A stretch of 64,000 nucleotides of DNA. It comes from Elsinoe ampelina. Taxonomy: Eukaryota. Each line of letters opens with the position of its first letter. The first letter of the stretch is position 1. The stretch lies in contig ML992501.1 in assembly GCA_010093995.1 (NCBI GenBank), positions 2,049,320 to 2,113,319 of the forward strand, in the 5' to 3' direction. The notes under the pieces were generated by a model. That model was not told the origin of the DNA. It was given only the letters and a program-made list of their open reading frames with translations, and did no database searches. Positions 45,350 through 56,056 of this stretch are shown here, piece after piece. Position numbers and translations under genes: made by a program.

Positions 45350-46381
45350 ATGTCAGCTGCCGACTTTGGCCTATTGGATCCCGCTGAGGAGGATGCATTG
45401 CATCTTCGTCGCCTTCTTACAGTCGATGAACGTCCTTTCCAGCGCATAAGCAAGCGTCTACTGGCAAAGGACGCGTTGATTCGAAAGTTTCCTGTTCAGC
45501 TACCCACACCGCCGCCGGATGCGACAGCAGAGTCCGAAGCGGCAGCGGAGAGTGAGGCAAATCCATCATCTGGCCAAGAGTTGAGTGATGCCGAGCGACA
45601 AAAATACCATGACGATATCCTACTCGACTTTCAGGGTCTCGAAGCGACACTGATACGAATCCAATTGCTCAAAAATGCAAACGACCGAGAACAGGAACGA
45701 TATGCAGCCGAGAAGAGCAAGATCCTGGCGACTGCAGAAGCTGTGCGAGCCAATACCGCAGAGCTGAGGGTGCAACTCGAAGAGGCACAGCACGAGTTGA
45801 AGCTGAAGAAAGAGTATGATAGTCTTGCGGATGCAATACTCAAGGACAAAGCCTTGAAGCCGCGCGATATTCTCGAAGCAGAGAACGATAAACTTCGAAA
45901 TGAAATTGAGGATCTAGAGCAGGAAGCCAAGGACTTTGCTGGACTGTGGCAGGAAAGGCGAGACAGATTCACTCGAGTGGTGGAGGAGGGTAAATCCCTC
46001 GTGAGATTCATCAAGGGCGAGAAGGACGAGCCGGAGGAGGGTGAAGATGAAGGTAGTCAGGAGGGTGGTATTAGTGAGCGCAAAGGTGACAGCAGCAACG
46101 TGGGCACGCCGCGACCGGACGCCGGCAATTCAACTCCATTGCACGCAGGGTTGGATGGCGAAGAAGGCGCACACGCTGCACAACAAGCTATCACGCAGCG
46201 TGCTCTAGGATCATCTCTGCAGGTACCTGGGATGGAGAGAAGCAGGAGCAGTTCACCTGCTCCACAATCATTCACGGAGGGATCGAAAGACACGGAGATG
46301 AAAGGAGCCGAGGACCCAGCATTGGACAACGCCACTTCAGGTACCGGTAATGAGGGCGCAGAAAAGATGGACACCACGTAG
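45350..46381 (+). CDS. THO7: THO complex subunit 7 (Mft1/Thoc7-like)
   Basis: EEDALH.RRLLTVDERPFQRISKRLL, ILLDF, EQERY, KKEYDSLA, coiled coil. Confidence 0.82.
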   Translation: MSAADFGLLDPAEEDALHLRRLLTVDERPFQRISKRLLAKDALIRKFPVQLPTPPPDATAESEAAAESEANPSSGQELSDAERQKYHDDILLDFQGLEATLIRIQLLKNANDREQERYAAEKSKILATAEAVRANTAELRVQLEEAQHELKLKKEYDSLADAILKDKALKPRDILEAENDKLRNEIEDLEQEAKDFAGLWQERRDRFTRVVEEGKSLVRFIKGEKDEPEEGEDEGSQEGGISERKGDSSNVGTPRPDAGNSTPLHAGLDGEEGAHAAQQAITQRALGSSLQVPGMERSRSSSPAPQSFTEGSKDTEMKGAEDPALDNATSGTGNEGAEKMDTT

Positions 46382-46524
46382 TCACGTCAAGCATGGAAGT
46401 CTTGCTTCAAATCTTCATTCAAGCTGACTCTTGGTCGCTACATGGTATCATTCGCTCTGAGGAGTATATCGATCGGTCGTGTGGTCGCAGTGAGGTGTGC
46501 TTGTGTGTGCTCTAGGCGTTGTGG

Positions 46525-46968
46525 TCATCCTGTCTTGCGAATAGTCTCCCAGCCGGAAGCGATGGCGGCGGTGGCTTTCTGGATCTCATCATGCGGAGTG
46601 TCTGGGAGGGTCCTGTCGTTCTCCTTTGATACAATTAGTATGCCATTACACTAATGTGCAAAGGTTGGGCTCACAAGCTGCTGCTCCAACTTGTAGACGG
46701 CGCCTTTGATCTTGTCATGCAAGGTGGGAAAGACTTTGTAAGTCTCCTCGATAGCCTGCTTCTATCGCAGTATTAGCATAAACTCAAACAACCACTTGGT
46801 TGCCAAGTTACATGCCTCCTGCTTGATCTCATACTCGTCCTCAGCACTGCGCTCGAGCCTTGCCACTCTCTGCTTCTGGCTGGCGAGCTCACGGTGGTAA
46901 GAGCCCTCCTCCTTCACAAGGCGGACTACCGCACCAGTCGCAATGGAGAGCTGCGATGGTGGTGGCAT
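46525..46968 (-). CDS. RBL2: Tubulin-binding cofactor A
   Basis: SQLSIATGAVVRLVKEEGSYHREL, EYEIKQE/KQAIEETYKVFP; introns 46762-46815 (GC-AG) and ~46624-46674. Confidence 0.9.
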
Positions 46969-47132
46969 TTTGGATGATCTCTTGTGAATTTGTGAGGTGT
47001 GGGAAGGTAATTGTGAATGTGACTGAGGTGTTGTCCTTGGAGGAGAAACAAATATTTCTCGAAGCTTGCCCCACTATTGTTCCATTGTCATGCAGGCACT
47101 TCGGCTAAAAATCACGCTAGAGGCACGTCTTG

Positions 47133-47148
47133 ACGCGTCGCGCGTAAA
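47133..47148 (+). promoter_or_regulatory. MluI cell-cycle box (MCB) cluster upstream of MCM4
   Basis: acgcgtcgcgcgtaaa about 110 bp before the MCM4 ATG; ACGCGT is the known G1/S element of fungal replication genes. Confidence 0.65.
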
Positions 47149-47253
47149 GTGGCAGACGGAAACCCCTGTCCTCAATTATACAGCGCTTCCAGAAGTTCAT
47201 GCTCGCTATCGCTCTCCTACACCATCTTCCACCGCCAATTCTCACAGCATACA

Positions 47254-50200
47254 ATGTCGTCGCCGGCTTCACGTCGCACTGCGACTCCACGAAGATCGAA
47301 TCAGTCTGCTGCCCCTGAAAGCAGCCCTCTCCAACCCGGCTTTGGACCGGACGACCAGCTCAGATCAGAAGCCTCACAAGCATCAAATCGCCAGCAATCA
47401 CAAGAGACGCCACGAGGGAACCGCACATCACAAGAGACATCGCAGAATCCTCCGACCTCATCGCCTCTATTCTACCAATCTTCTCCGGCTAATGGAGCTG
47501 CCTCGAGGTCGCTCAATGGAGCGCTCAACGTTGCCAATGGCATCGGTATGAGCTCGCCCCTGCGCATGTCATCCGAGCCACCCGTCGATGATGCTCAGAC
47601 ACCAAGACCGAGCGGCATCACAAATGGAGGTGAGTATAAAAATGTCAAAACCTGGCCGACAAGGCTGACCTGAAGCGCAGAATCCTCTCCAATTAGATAC
47701 ACATCAAGCTCGAGTGTTGTTGGCGCGCCTCGAACGAACGGAAACCGCACAGATGCCCTTCGTAGCGAGAGCTCTGGTCTCTTCGTACGATCTCCAGGTA
47801 ATTCTGCTCGCAACCGACGACATGACATTCAGTCAGATATTCTCGGCTCAGGAGGAGCTAGGAGGCGGCAAGTATTTGTCGACGAGAATGGCATGCCGGT
47901 CCCAGAAGGCTCGGATGCCCCGACCTTTTCAAATCTTGATCCGACCACATCTGATGCTGAGGGCATGTCTGGACATCCGAAGAAGATGGTGTGGGGAACA
48001 AATATCAACTTGGACGAGACGATGAGCAACATGAGAGACTTTCTCCGCAACTTTACCAGAAAATACCGCATGTACGCAGATGGAGAGCTCGAGAGTCTGG
48101 AGGGTTTACCACAAGATCATCCAGGTAACGAGAAGGTATACATGCCTTTGTTGGAAACGTTACTGGATCTTGGTACGCTGGCCGTCAATCTCGATCTGAA
48201 GAATCTGAAGGCGTATCCTCCGACGTTCAAGTTGTGGCATCAATTGCAGAACTATCCTGCTGAGATCGTTCCCGCTTTCGATGTTGCTGTAAAGGACATC
48301 ATGTACGAACTCGCAGGGAAGAGGATGAACGAGATGGCGGCAGCTGCTCGGGCCGCGCTGAACGATGATCGTGGTAGTTCAATGCCTCCAGCACCAAGCT
48401 CAGAAGCTGGCAATCAGCCACCGGCTAATGCTCAGATCGCCCCACTGAATGATATTCCCAACCTGAGACTGGAGGTCGAGAATCGGCCATACAAGATTCG
48501 CCCCTTTGGACTGGAAAAGACGATAAACCTCCGAGATTTAAATCCAGAAGACATGGACAAGCTTGTCAGCATCAAAGGACTCGTGATTCGGACGACACCA
48601 ATCATCCCAGACATGAAAGAGGGTAGGTCTCATCGCTCAAAGGTCTTCCATATCCACTGACGATCAAACAGCCTTCTTCAAATGTGCTCTCTGCGCACAT
48701 GCTCTTTTGGTGGACATCGACAGAGGCAAGATCACCGAGCCGACTCAGTGTGACCGATGCAAGAAGCCAAACACGTTCCAGATTGTGCACAATCGCTCAC
48801 ACTTCTCGAACAAGCAAGTCATCAAGCTTCAGGAGACTCCTGACAGTGTCCCGGATGGGCAAACACCGCACTCGGTATCGCTTTGCACGTACGACGAGCT
48901 TGTTGACGTGTGCAAAGCTGGAGACAGGGTTGAGATCACTGGCGTATTCCGCTGCAATCAAGTCAGAATCAATCCCCGACAACGGTCGGTGAAGAACATT
49001 TTCAAGACATACGTTGATGCAGTGCATATTCAGAAGGTCGACAAACGACGGATGGGCATCGACGTGTCGACTATTGACGAGGAGATGACCGAGCTCACAG
49101 CTGGCAAGATCCAAGAGTCTCGGAAGGTCAGCGAGGAGGAAGAGGCGAAGATCAAGGAGGTTGCAGCTCGCCCTGACGTATACGAGCTTTTATCACGCTC
49201 CCTCGGGCCCAGCATCTATGAGTTGGACGACGTCAAGAAGGGCATCCTCCTTCAGCTGTTTGGCGGCACCAACAAATCATTCGAGAAAGGCGGGTCACCC
49301 AAATACCGTGGCGACATCAACGTCCTACTTTGTGGCGACCCTTCTACGGCCAAGTCTCAGCTCCTTCAATACGTCCACAAGATCGCACCTCGCGGCGTCT
49401 ACACGTCAGGCAAAGGCTCCTCCGCCGTCGGTCTCACAGCCTACGTGACCCGCGACCCAGAAACCCGCCAACTCGTCCTCGAATCCGGTGCTCTCGTCCT
49501 CTCCGACGGCGGAGTCTGCTGCATCGACGAATTCGACAAAATGTCCGACGCCACTCGCTCCGTCCTCCACGAAGTCATGGAACAACAAACCGTCTCCATC
49601 GCCAAAGCCGGCATCATCACGACCCTAAACGCCCGCACCTCGATCCTCGCCTCCGCCAACCCCATCGGCTCCAAATACAACCCCGCCCTCCCCGTCCCGC
49701 AAAACATCGACCTCCCCCCCACCCTCCTCTCCCGGTTCGACCTCGTCTACCTCGTCCTCGACCGCATCGACGAAATGAACGACCGCCGCCTCGCCAAGCA
49801 TCTCGTGGGGATGTACCTCGAGGACACGCCCGACCACGCACAAACCACCTCGGACATCCTCCCCGTCGACTTCCTCACGGCGTACATCTCCTACGCCCGC
49901 TCCAACATCCAGCCCCGCATCGGCGCCGCCGCCGCCGACGCCCTCGTCACGCACTACGTCGCCATGCGCGCGCTGGGCACGGACGTTTCGGCGTCCGAGA
50001 AGCGAATCACCGCCACGACGCGGCAGTTGGAGTCTATGATTCGGCTCAGCGAGGCGCACGCGAAGATGCGCCTCAGCGAACGGGTCGAGGAGAGTGACGT
50101 CCTGGAAGCAGTGAGGCTTATCAAAGCGGCGCTCAAGCAGGCCGCGACGGACGCGCGCACGGGGCTGATTGATATGAGTTTGTTGACCGAGGGGACGAGT

Positions 50201-50452
50201 AGTGGGGAGCGGAGAAGGAAGGAGGACCTCAAGGGGGCGGTGGTGGGGTGGTTGGATGAGGGGCTGAGGACGGGGCAGGGGAGTGTGAGGGTCGTGGATT
50301 TGGTCAAGGGGATTAGTGAGAGGAGTTCGGTCGGGGTGGAGAAGGGGGAGGTGGAGGAGGCGTTGAGGGCGTTGGAGGGGGAGGGGAGGGTGGTGGTTAG
50401 TGGGGAGGGGGGGAGGAGGAGTGTGAGGCGGGTGACGGGGGTTAATGGTTGA
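47254..50452 (+). CDS. MCM4: DNA replication licensing factor MCM4
   Basis: S/TP-rich N-terminus, KGLVIRTTPIIPDMKE, GDPSTAKSQ, CCIDEFDKM, LLSRFDL, TTRQLESMIRLSEAHA; introns ~47629-47680 and ~48623-48671. Confidence 0.97.
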
Positions 50453-50781
50453 TCGTCTAGCGTGGGAGATGTTGTGTAATGATGCATGGGAGGTGTTGGT
50501 TGGAAGGGTCACGTGTAATGCATGAATATATGGCTTGATATCCTGCTGATACTACCAAAGTGCAGTCACTGTCCAAATAGAGGTCATAGTTGCGAAGGAC
50601 ATATCTTGATCTTGAGTGATACTTTTACACGAGTACTACAAGCGCATGAGAAGAGTTTCATTGACCCCGTCCCCATACCAGACGCCACTGCGCTTGATGC
50701 GAGCTTCCCTCCCTGCCGCTATTTATGTGCATTTTGCCCCTTTCGCCATCGCCTTCTCCCGTTTCCGCATCACCCGCCGCC

Positions 50782-51896
50782 TTAATTCTCCCTCTTCTTC
50801 GCCTTGTCGCTATTGCTCATGGCCACGTTCAACCCCAAACCTTCCGTATCCAAGTACACTCTGTTCTGACTCTTCTCCAACACACTCGCGATCTGCTTGG
50901 CGTTCTCAAACTCCCTCAGATCTACATACGTCCTGCTCTTCTTGATCGCGTCACCGATGAGCTGCGCCGAGCGAGCCTCACCCTGCGCCCTGACCACCGT
51001 GGCCTGCTTCTCCTGCCGCGCCTTGTCGACGACGAACGCCGCCCTTTGCGCCTCTTGCTGCGCGACCTGCTTCGCCTCGACTGCGGCGGTGAATTCGGGG
51101 GAGAAGGCGAGGTGCGTGAGCGAGACGTCGTCGAGGAGGATGTTGAAGCGGGCGGCGCGCTTTGTGAGTTGGTCGCGCACGAGACGGGAGACGTTCTCGC
51201 GCTGGGTGATGAGTTGGGAGGCGTTGAATTGGGCGACGACGGATTTGAGGACTTCGTTGACGATCGAGGGGAGGACGCGCTCGTCGTAGTCTGTGCCGAG
51301 GGTGCGGTAGATTTGGGGGAGGGCGTCGACTCGTGGCCGTGAGAGCACGCGGCAGGTGATGTTCACCATTTGGAGATCTTTGGTGCCGGTGAGAGAGGCG
51401 ACGTTGCGTGGTTTGGCGCGGACGTCGTAGACGATGGGCGTCTCGAACCAGGGGAGTCGCAGGTGGGTGCCTTCGTTGTAGATCTCTTGTTGCACGCCGC
51501 CTAGGCGGGAGTATTTGACTGCTCTGCAACCACCGTCGACTGTAGAGGATTAGAATGGATATCTTGGCGTTGCTGCCGGAGGAGAAGCCTTCGTACCGTT
51601 GAATAGAGCATTTTGGAAGACCCATACGCCTCCCAAACCCGCCGCGAGTACTGCGAAGCCACCTAGTGCCCGTAGAGGTCCTGGTCCACCACCTCCTCCA
51701 CCGAATCTGCGAGCAGCGTCAGCAAATGTCTTCATATATCCACTACACCACCACGTCCAGGAACGAAGCAATAGTCCCGCTAAAGTGTCCCGAGACAGTC
51801 CGCTTCTGCAGGAAGGTTGACGTACCTGGCTCCTTGCTTTTGCAACTGGTTGACCCTGTCTTGCATCGTCTTCCACATCTCCTGGGGATCCGACAT
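50782..51896 (-). CDS. PHB2: Prohibitin 2
   Basis: NALFN/VDGG, EGTHLRLPWFETP, TGTKDLQMV, AVEAKQVAQQEAQRAAFVV, AQGEARSAQLIG; two 5' introns. Confidence 0.93.
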
Positions 51897-52462
51897 TTTG
51901 AGGGCGTTGTATGAAGTTCAAGCGGGGCGTGGTAGGTGAGAATGGAGTGCAAAGAGGCGTTCGGGCGATGGATTATATCGTGAGGTAATGCAAGAGCTCG
52001 CTAGCTCGAAGTCGGGGCGGCGTTTTGGAAATTTTGCCCCGATGGTCTTGGCAAAATGATGGTCCTTCGACATCAGTTGCACATGATCCTGGGGAGGCAT
52101 AATGAGAGAGAAGTGACAAGGTGAAAAGTTGCGGGTATTCATACGAATGTCTAAATATGTCTCAAATGCAATCGCTCCATCCAGGAGATCTGGATATGTC
52201 CTATCCTGTCCTGTTGCTCCATAAACCCCTCGTCCAAGAGCCCACCTTTCTAATTCTCCTAAACGCGCAAATGATGTATATATAGTCGCCAGTAATCCAA
52301 AACGATCGTCGTGACCTCGTGTCCAATGCTTATACTCGCGACTCCTCGAAGCATACAGCTTTCTACAGCTGCTCGATACAGGTTGGGTGATTGCGCGACA
52401 TGTTCTCTACAAAAGTCGTGCTAAAATTATTTGCGGTACAAGTGGGTCGTACAGGACATGGT

Positions 52463-55400
52463 CTATGCCAATATCCATTCAGTGCTGCGTTTGACATGCT
52501 TGTCGATGAGAGAGCCAATGTCGGCCAGCAGGAAGCGGCAGACATAGAAGGCGAAGAACTCCGAGGCGTGTCGGGTACTAAACTCGAGGCCAATGTGAGT
52601 GGAGGATGAGTGCTTGAGACCGGGATCCTCGACCTGGCGTGCTACCTGATCTGTTGACTCGTTAGTGACGATCCCACACAATATTGATGTGGCCGAGCTT
52701 GACTGACCGAGTATTTGGACTGCCTCACAGAGCTTGGCGATGGCAGCCATGTAGTCCTTGTGTGGGCCTTCAAACAGCGCATCTCTCAGTGCTTCCCTTC
52801 TGTGGGCCGTCCGCTTCTCAACACCAACGAAGCTAGTCATTGGTACTGTCTGCATGGTCGCAGACTCTGTGCTGCCAGTCTTTGCTGGGTTGGTGGCGCC
52901 TTGCGTGCTTGATACAGATGGCTTGCCACGAAGCTTGCGCCAGGAGAACTTGCCCGAGTTCTTTGACTCTTTCATACCGTCCGGAGGACTGTCCACACCA
53001 CCCTTGTCGGCGGCCTTGAAGAGGTCATTGGCATTGTTGACACCGACCTCATTCCCGAGCTTCTTCACAAGCATGCCTTGTACTCGCTCCATGATCTCCT
53101 CGAATTGCTGAAGCTCGGAAAGCACAGCATCGGCATCGTATGTGTCCACTTCTTCGAGTCTTGCCAGTCCGGCCGTCAACATGTCGCAAGCTGCAATCTT
53201 GTCCTCCAGATTCTTCAGCTTGGCGGATCGATTCAGCCACGCTTCATGCGGCATGAAAAGTCTGGTGGTAATGTAAGCACCACGGGGATGTGTGGTGGTA
53301 TTTGAAATCAGCCGCATGAGCCAAAATGGTCGCAGCAATGCTGAGTCCGGACACGGCTCGAAGGGTGCTGGAGGTGATGACTCTTTTGATGTTCGTGGCG
53401 ACGAAGATAGACCTTGCTCGATCGATCGACCAAGAGTAGTGTCGAAGAGGTAGTATCCTCCCTGCTGGCCAGCGTCAGGCAAAGGAGGCACTGAACTGGA
53501 TGCGACTGTTGGTCCAGAACGATTGCTCAAGTGACTGGTCGAGTCGTTTCGTCGAGTGTAGTGATGAGGAAAGGTTGCTGAGGTTGGAGTGGGTGTAGGA
53601 TAATCGCTCTCGGTCGGTGTCATGGCGCCTAGTGCAGTTTCCCGTAGGCTGACCGACGACTTCTGGTTCCGCAGGTAGCGTGCTCGGGGAGACGAGACAT
53701 CACCAAGCTGTGAGCTTCCTGAATCTGAGACCGCCGAAGACGGATTCGCCGCCCAGACATCCTTGTCCTGCTGCTTCCTTAGACTACCCATGCGGCCGGG
53801 CTTAAAGTCTCCTGGAGCTGCTTGTGTCTCCCATGGCGTCACTTCAGCTGATTTGTCCTGCGTTTCCCAAGGTGTAACTTCGGACGGCTTTTCTTGCGAT
53901 TCCCAGGGAGTCGGATCAAGCTCGCGCTGACTGTTGGTGGTCATCCTGCTAGCCGACGACGGCGCTCTACGGCGTTGAGGCGAAGACGCTGTCTCAATGG
54001 TCAGAGGCTTCAAGCTTTGACCTGACAGGCGGTTTCTTCTTTCCAGGATTTGACTCGTTCCATTCACAGCGGCACCGTCGAAACTGCTTGATGGCAAGTT
54101 GATCGTACTGTCAGTGGTCTGGACAGTTGATGTAGACGATTGTGGTTGGTGACGGGGGAAAACTGCTCCGGGACCGCTATCTTCTGACAAAGTTGACAAC
54201 GATGTTGCTGCCGTGTTTCTGTCCGCGTTCCCGACCGAGCTTTGCCACGTACTTCTGGTGTATGCTGTGGAAGCAGACTCACGAGGTATCGAGGACTTTG
54301 ACTTGAGGTTGAAGTTGAAATCGTCCATAAGGTCTTTGGCAATGTCATCCATCATCTGTTGCTCCTCATCCCCGTGATCTGGTTCATAACCTTCTTCGTA
54401 CGCGGCCTCTACGGCTTCGTCAAAGGCTGTGTCGAAGTCCATAAGCTGTGACTTGCCATTGCTCAGATCCTTGCGGTGAAGAGCTCCGTGCTTGGCAGAG
54501 TGCAGAGAAGACCCGTCGTCAGAGTCAGACTCATCGATGGTATTCAGCCATGATCCTGGCTCTGCGCCTTCCTTCTTCTGGGCGTCAGCAGGTGGCGCTG
54601 GCACATCTTTTGGAGGTGGTTGCGGCGATTGTGAGCGATTTGGTGTTAGTGGAAGTGGTGCGTCTGGGCTGTGTAGATCGTCTCTTGATCGTGAATCTTC
54701 CGATAGCAACCCCAGAGGTGACTTTGATCGCTCCCAAAGAGGACCGAGGAAGCCGTGATCACCACCACCTTCGACCTGACGAATGGCATCCGTCAAGAAC
54801 GAGTCACGTGTACGGCCAGCAGTCTGAGCATTGGCTCGCGGTACTTCAGCGGGGAGCTCAATAGGTTTCGTGTTCAGCTGCTGTGCCACTAACGGAGAGA
54901 CTGGGCTCAGCAGGTCGAGCTGGGGTACAAAATCATCAGAGCCATTGCTGGTAGGTCGCGGTGGTAATTGCTTCTCTTCTGCTGCAGCTTGAGGATTTTG
55001 TAATGCGTGTAGTTCTACTATCCGAGTGGCGTATGTGTTCCGAATCGCATCCAGTTTTGCCTTGTCTTCTGGACCCGTTGTTCGGTCCATGACGTGTTCC
55101 AGCAGTTTACAAGCATCTCGGTAGGCGGAGAGCGCACCTGCAAAGTTCTGTGCATTGTCCAGGAGTACGGCGGTATTCGCCTTCTCCAGGGCTTTGGACA
55201 ACATGTTCTTCTTGTCCTTCTCTTTCCTCTCCTTGCCACGGGATGTGCGTCTGTCTGATGTTGGACTCTCTGTCACTTCCTTGGGCTTCTTATTCGAGTA
55301 TCGCGAATGACCGGCAGGACTCAGTGGACTCGCTTCGGTCGGTCGAGGAGTACGATCCTTGTTGACTGCGATACCGAGTCCGAAATAGTCGTCCGGTTCG

Positions 55401-56056
55401 GTCGCGCTCGTGGGGGTAAGTAGACCGGTATTACCTGGTGTAAGCGGTCGCATGGCAGAGGGCGAGAGAGGAGATGATACGTAGTTGCGCACCACCGCGT
55501 CGCGAGGAGGTAGCTTGAGCTTAGGAAGTGCTCCAGCCCCAAGTTTCGGTGTGGTCGATCGGGACGAATTACCTGACCCAGGCCTTCTTCGACTACCGTC
55601 GACCTTGCCCGGCAGGTACTCTCCAAGCCTATCCTTTGAGGACGGCTGCTTGTAGCGCGAAGGACTACCGCCCGGTGATGAATGCTTAACACGTGGAGAC
55701 GCAGTCGGTGAGCCTTTTCTCCAGGGCTTTTCTCTCTCTTCGAGCACTCCTCTACTACTTGCAGTGCTCCGGCCCCTTTGTGTCGGTGTAGTCGAGCTCG
55801 TTGATTGTGACCAAGACCTGTCTATGCTTCCAGCTCCTTCTACGCTCGACGAGTCGTCCTGGTCATTTGAAGCGCTGTTCCGTTGCGATCGATGTCCGGC
55901 GCTTGCCTTGATAGCTCTGGCTGCAAGGATAGCGCCTTCAGCTGGAGAAGCTGAGCGAATATGAATTGAGTCGGGACCTTGTCCAGATCCGCGTTGTACG
56001 GTGATGACCGATCCAGAGGACAGTGATGTGTGAGCCGACTGTGCAGAAGTCGACAT
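52463..56056 (-). CDS. Fungal MIT-domain protein with long disordered regions
   Basis: MLSKALEKANTAVLLDNAQNF..A..AY..AC.LL MIT-type helices; C-terminal LRPFWLMR..HPRGAY; probable in-frame intron ~52650-52709. Confidence 0.82.
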   Translation of the reverse strand: MSTSAQSAHTSLSSGSVITVQRGSGQGPDSIHIRSASPAEGAILAARAIKASAGHRSQRNSASNDQDDSSSVEGAGSIDRSWSQSTSSTTPTQRGRSTASSRGVLEEREKPWRKGSPTASPRVKHSSPGGSPSRYKQPSSKDRLGEYLPGKVDGSRRRPGSGNSSRSTTPKLGAGALPKLKLPPRDAVVRNYVSSPLSPSAMRPLTPGNTGLLTPTSATEPDDYFGLGIAVNKDRTPRPTEASPLSPAGHSRYSNKKPKEVTESPTSDRRTSRGKERKEKDKKNMLSKALEKANTAVLLDNAQNFAGALSAYRDACKLLEHVMDRTTGPEDKAKLDAIRNTYATRIVELHALQNPQAAAEEKQLPPRPTSNGSDDFVPQLDLLSPVSPLVAQQLNTKPIELPAEVPRANAQTAGRTRDSFLTDAIRQVEGGGDHGFLGPLWERSKSPLGLLSEDSRSRDDLHSPDAPLPLTPNRSQSPQPPPKDVPAPPADAQKKEGAEPGSWLNTIDESDSDDGSSLHSAKHGALHRKDLSNGKSQLMDFDTAFDEAVEAAYEEGYEPDHGDEEQQMMDDIAKDLMDDFNFNLKSKSSIPRESASTAYTRSTWQSSVGNADRNTAATSLSTLSEDSGPGAVFPRHQPQSSTSTVQTTDSTINLPSSSFDGAAVNGTSQILERRNRLSGQSLKPLTIETASSPQRRRAPSSASRMTTNSQRELDPTPWESQEKPSEVTPWETQDKSAEVTPWETQAAPGDFKPGRMGSLRKQQDKDVWAANPSSAVSDSGSSQLGDVSSPRARYLRNQKSSVSLRETALGAMTPTESDYPTPTPTSATFPHHYTRRNDSTSHLSNRSGPTVASSSVPPLPDAGQQGGYYLFDTTLGRSIEQGLSSSPRTSKESSPPAPFEPCPDSALLRPFWLMRLISNTTTHPRGAYITTRLFMPHEAWLNRSAKLKNLEDKIAACDMLTAGLARLEEVDTYDADAVLSELQQFEEIMERVQGMLVKKLGNEVGVNNANDLFKAADKGGVDSPPDGMKESKNSGKFSWRKLRGKPSVSSTQGATNPAKTGSTESATMQTVPMTSFVGVEKRTAHRREALRDALFEGPHKDYMAAIAKLCEAVQILGQSSSATSILCGIVTNESTDQVARQVEDPGLKHSSSTHIGLEFSTRHASEFFAFYVCRFLLADIGSLIDKHVKRSTEWILA

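Noticed and set aside
49330..50512. Several long overlapping ORFs over the MCM4 3' half
   Set aside because: Shadow frames of a skewed, GC-rich coding region
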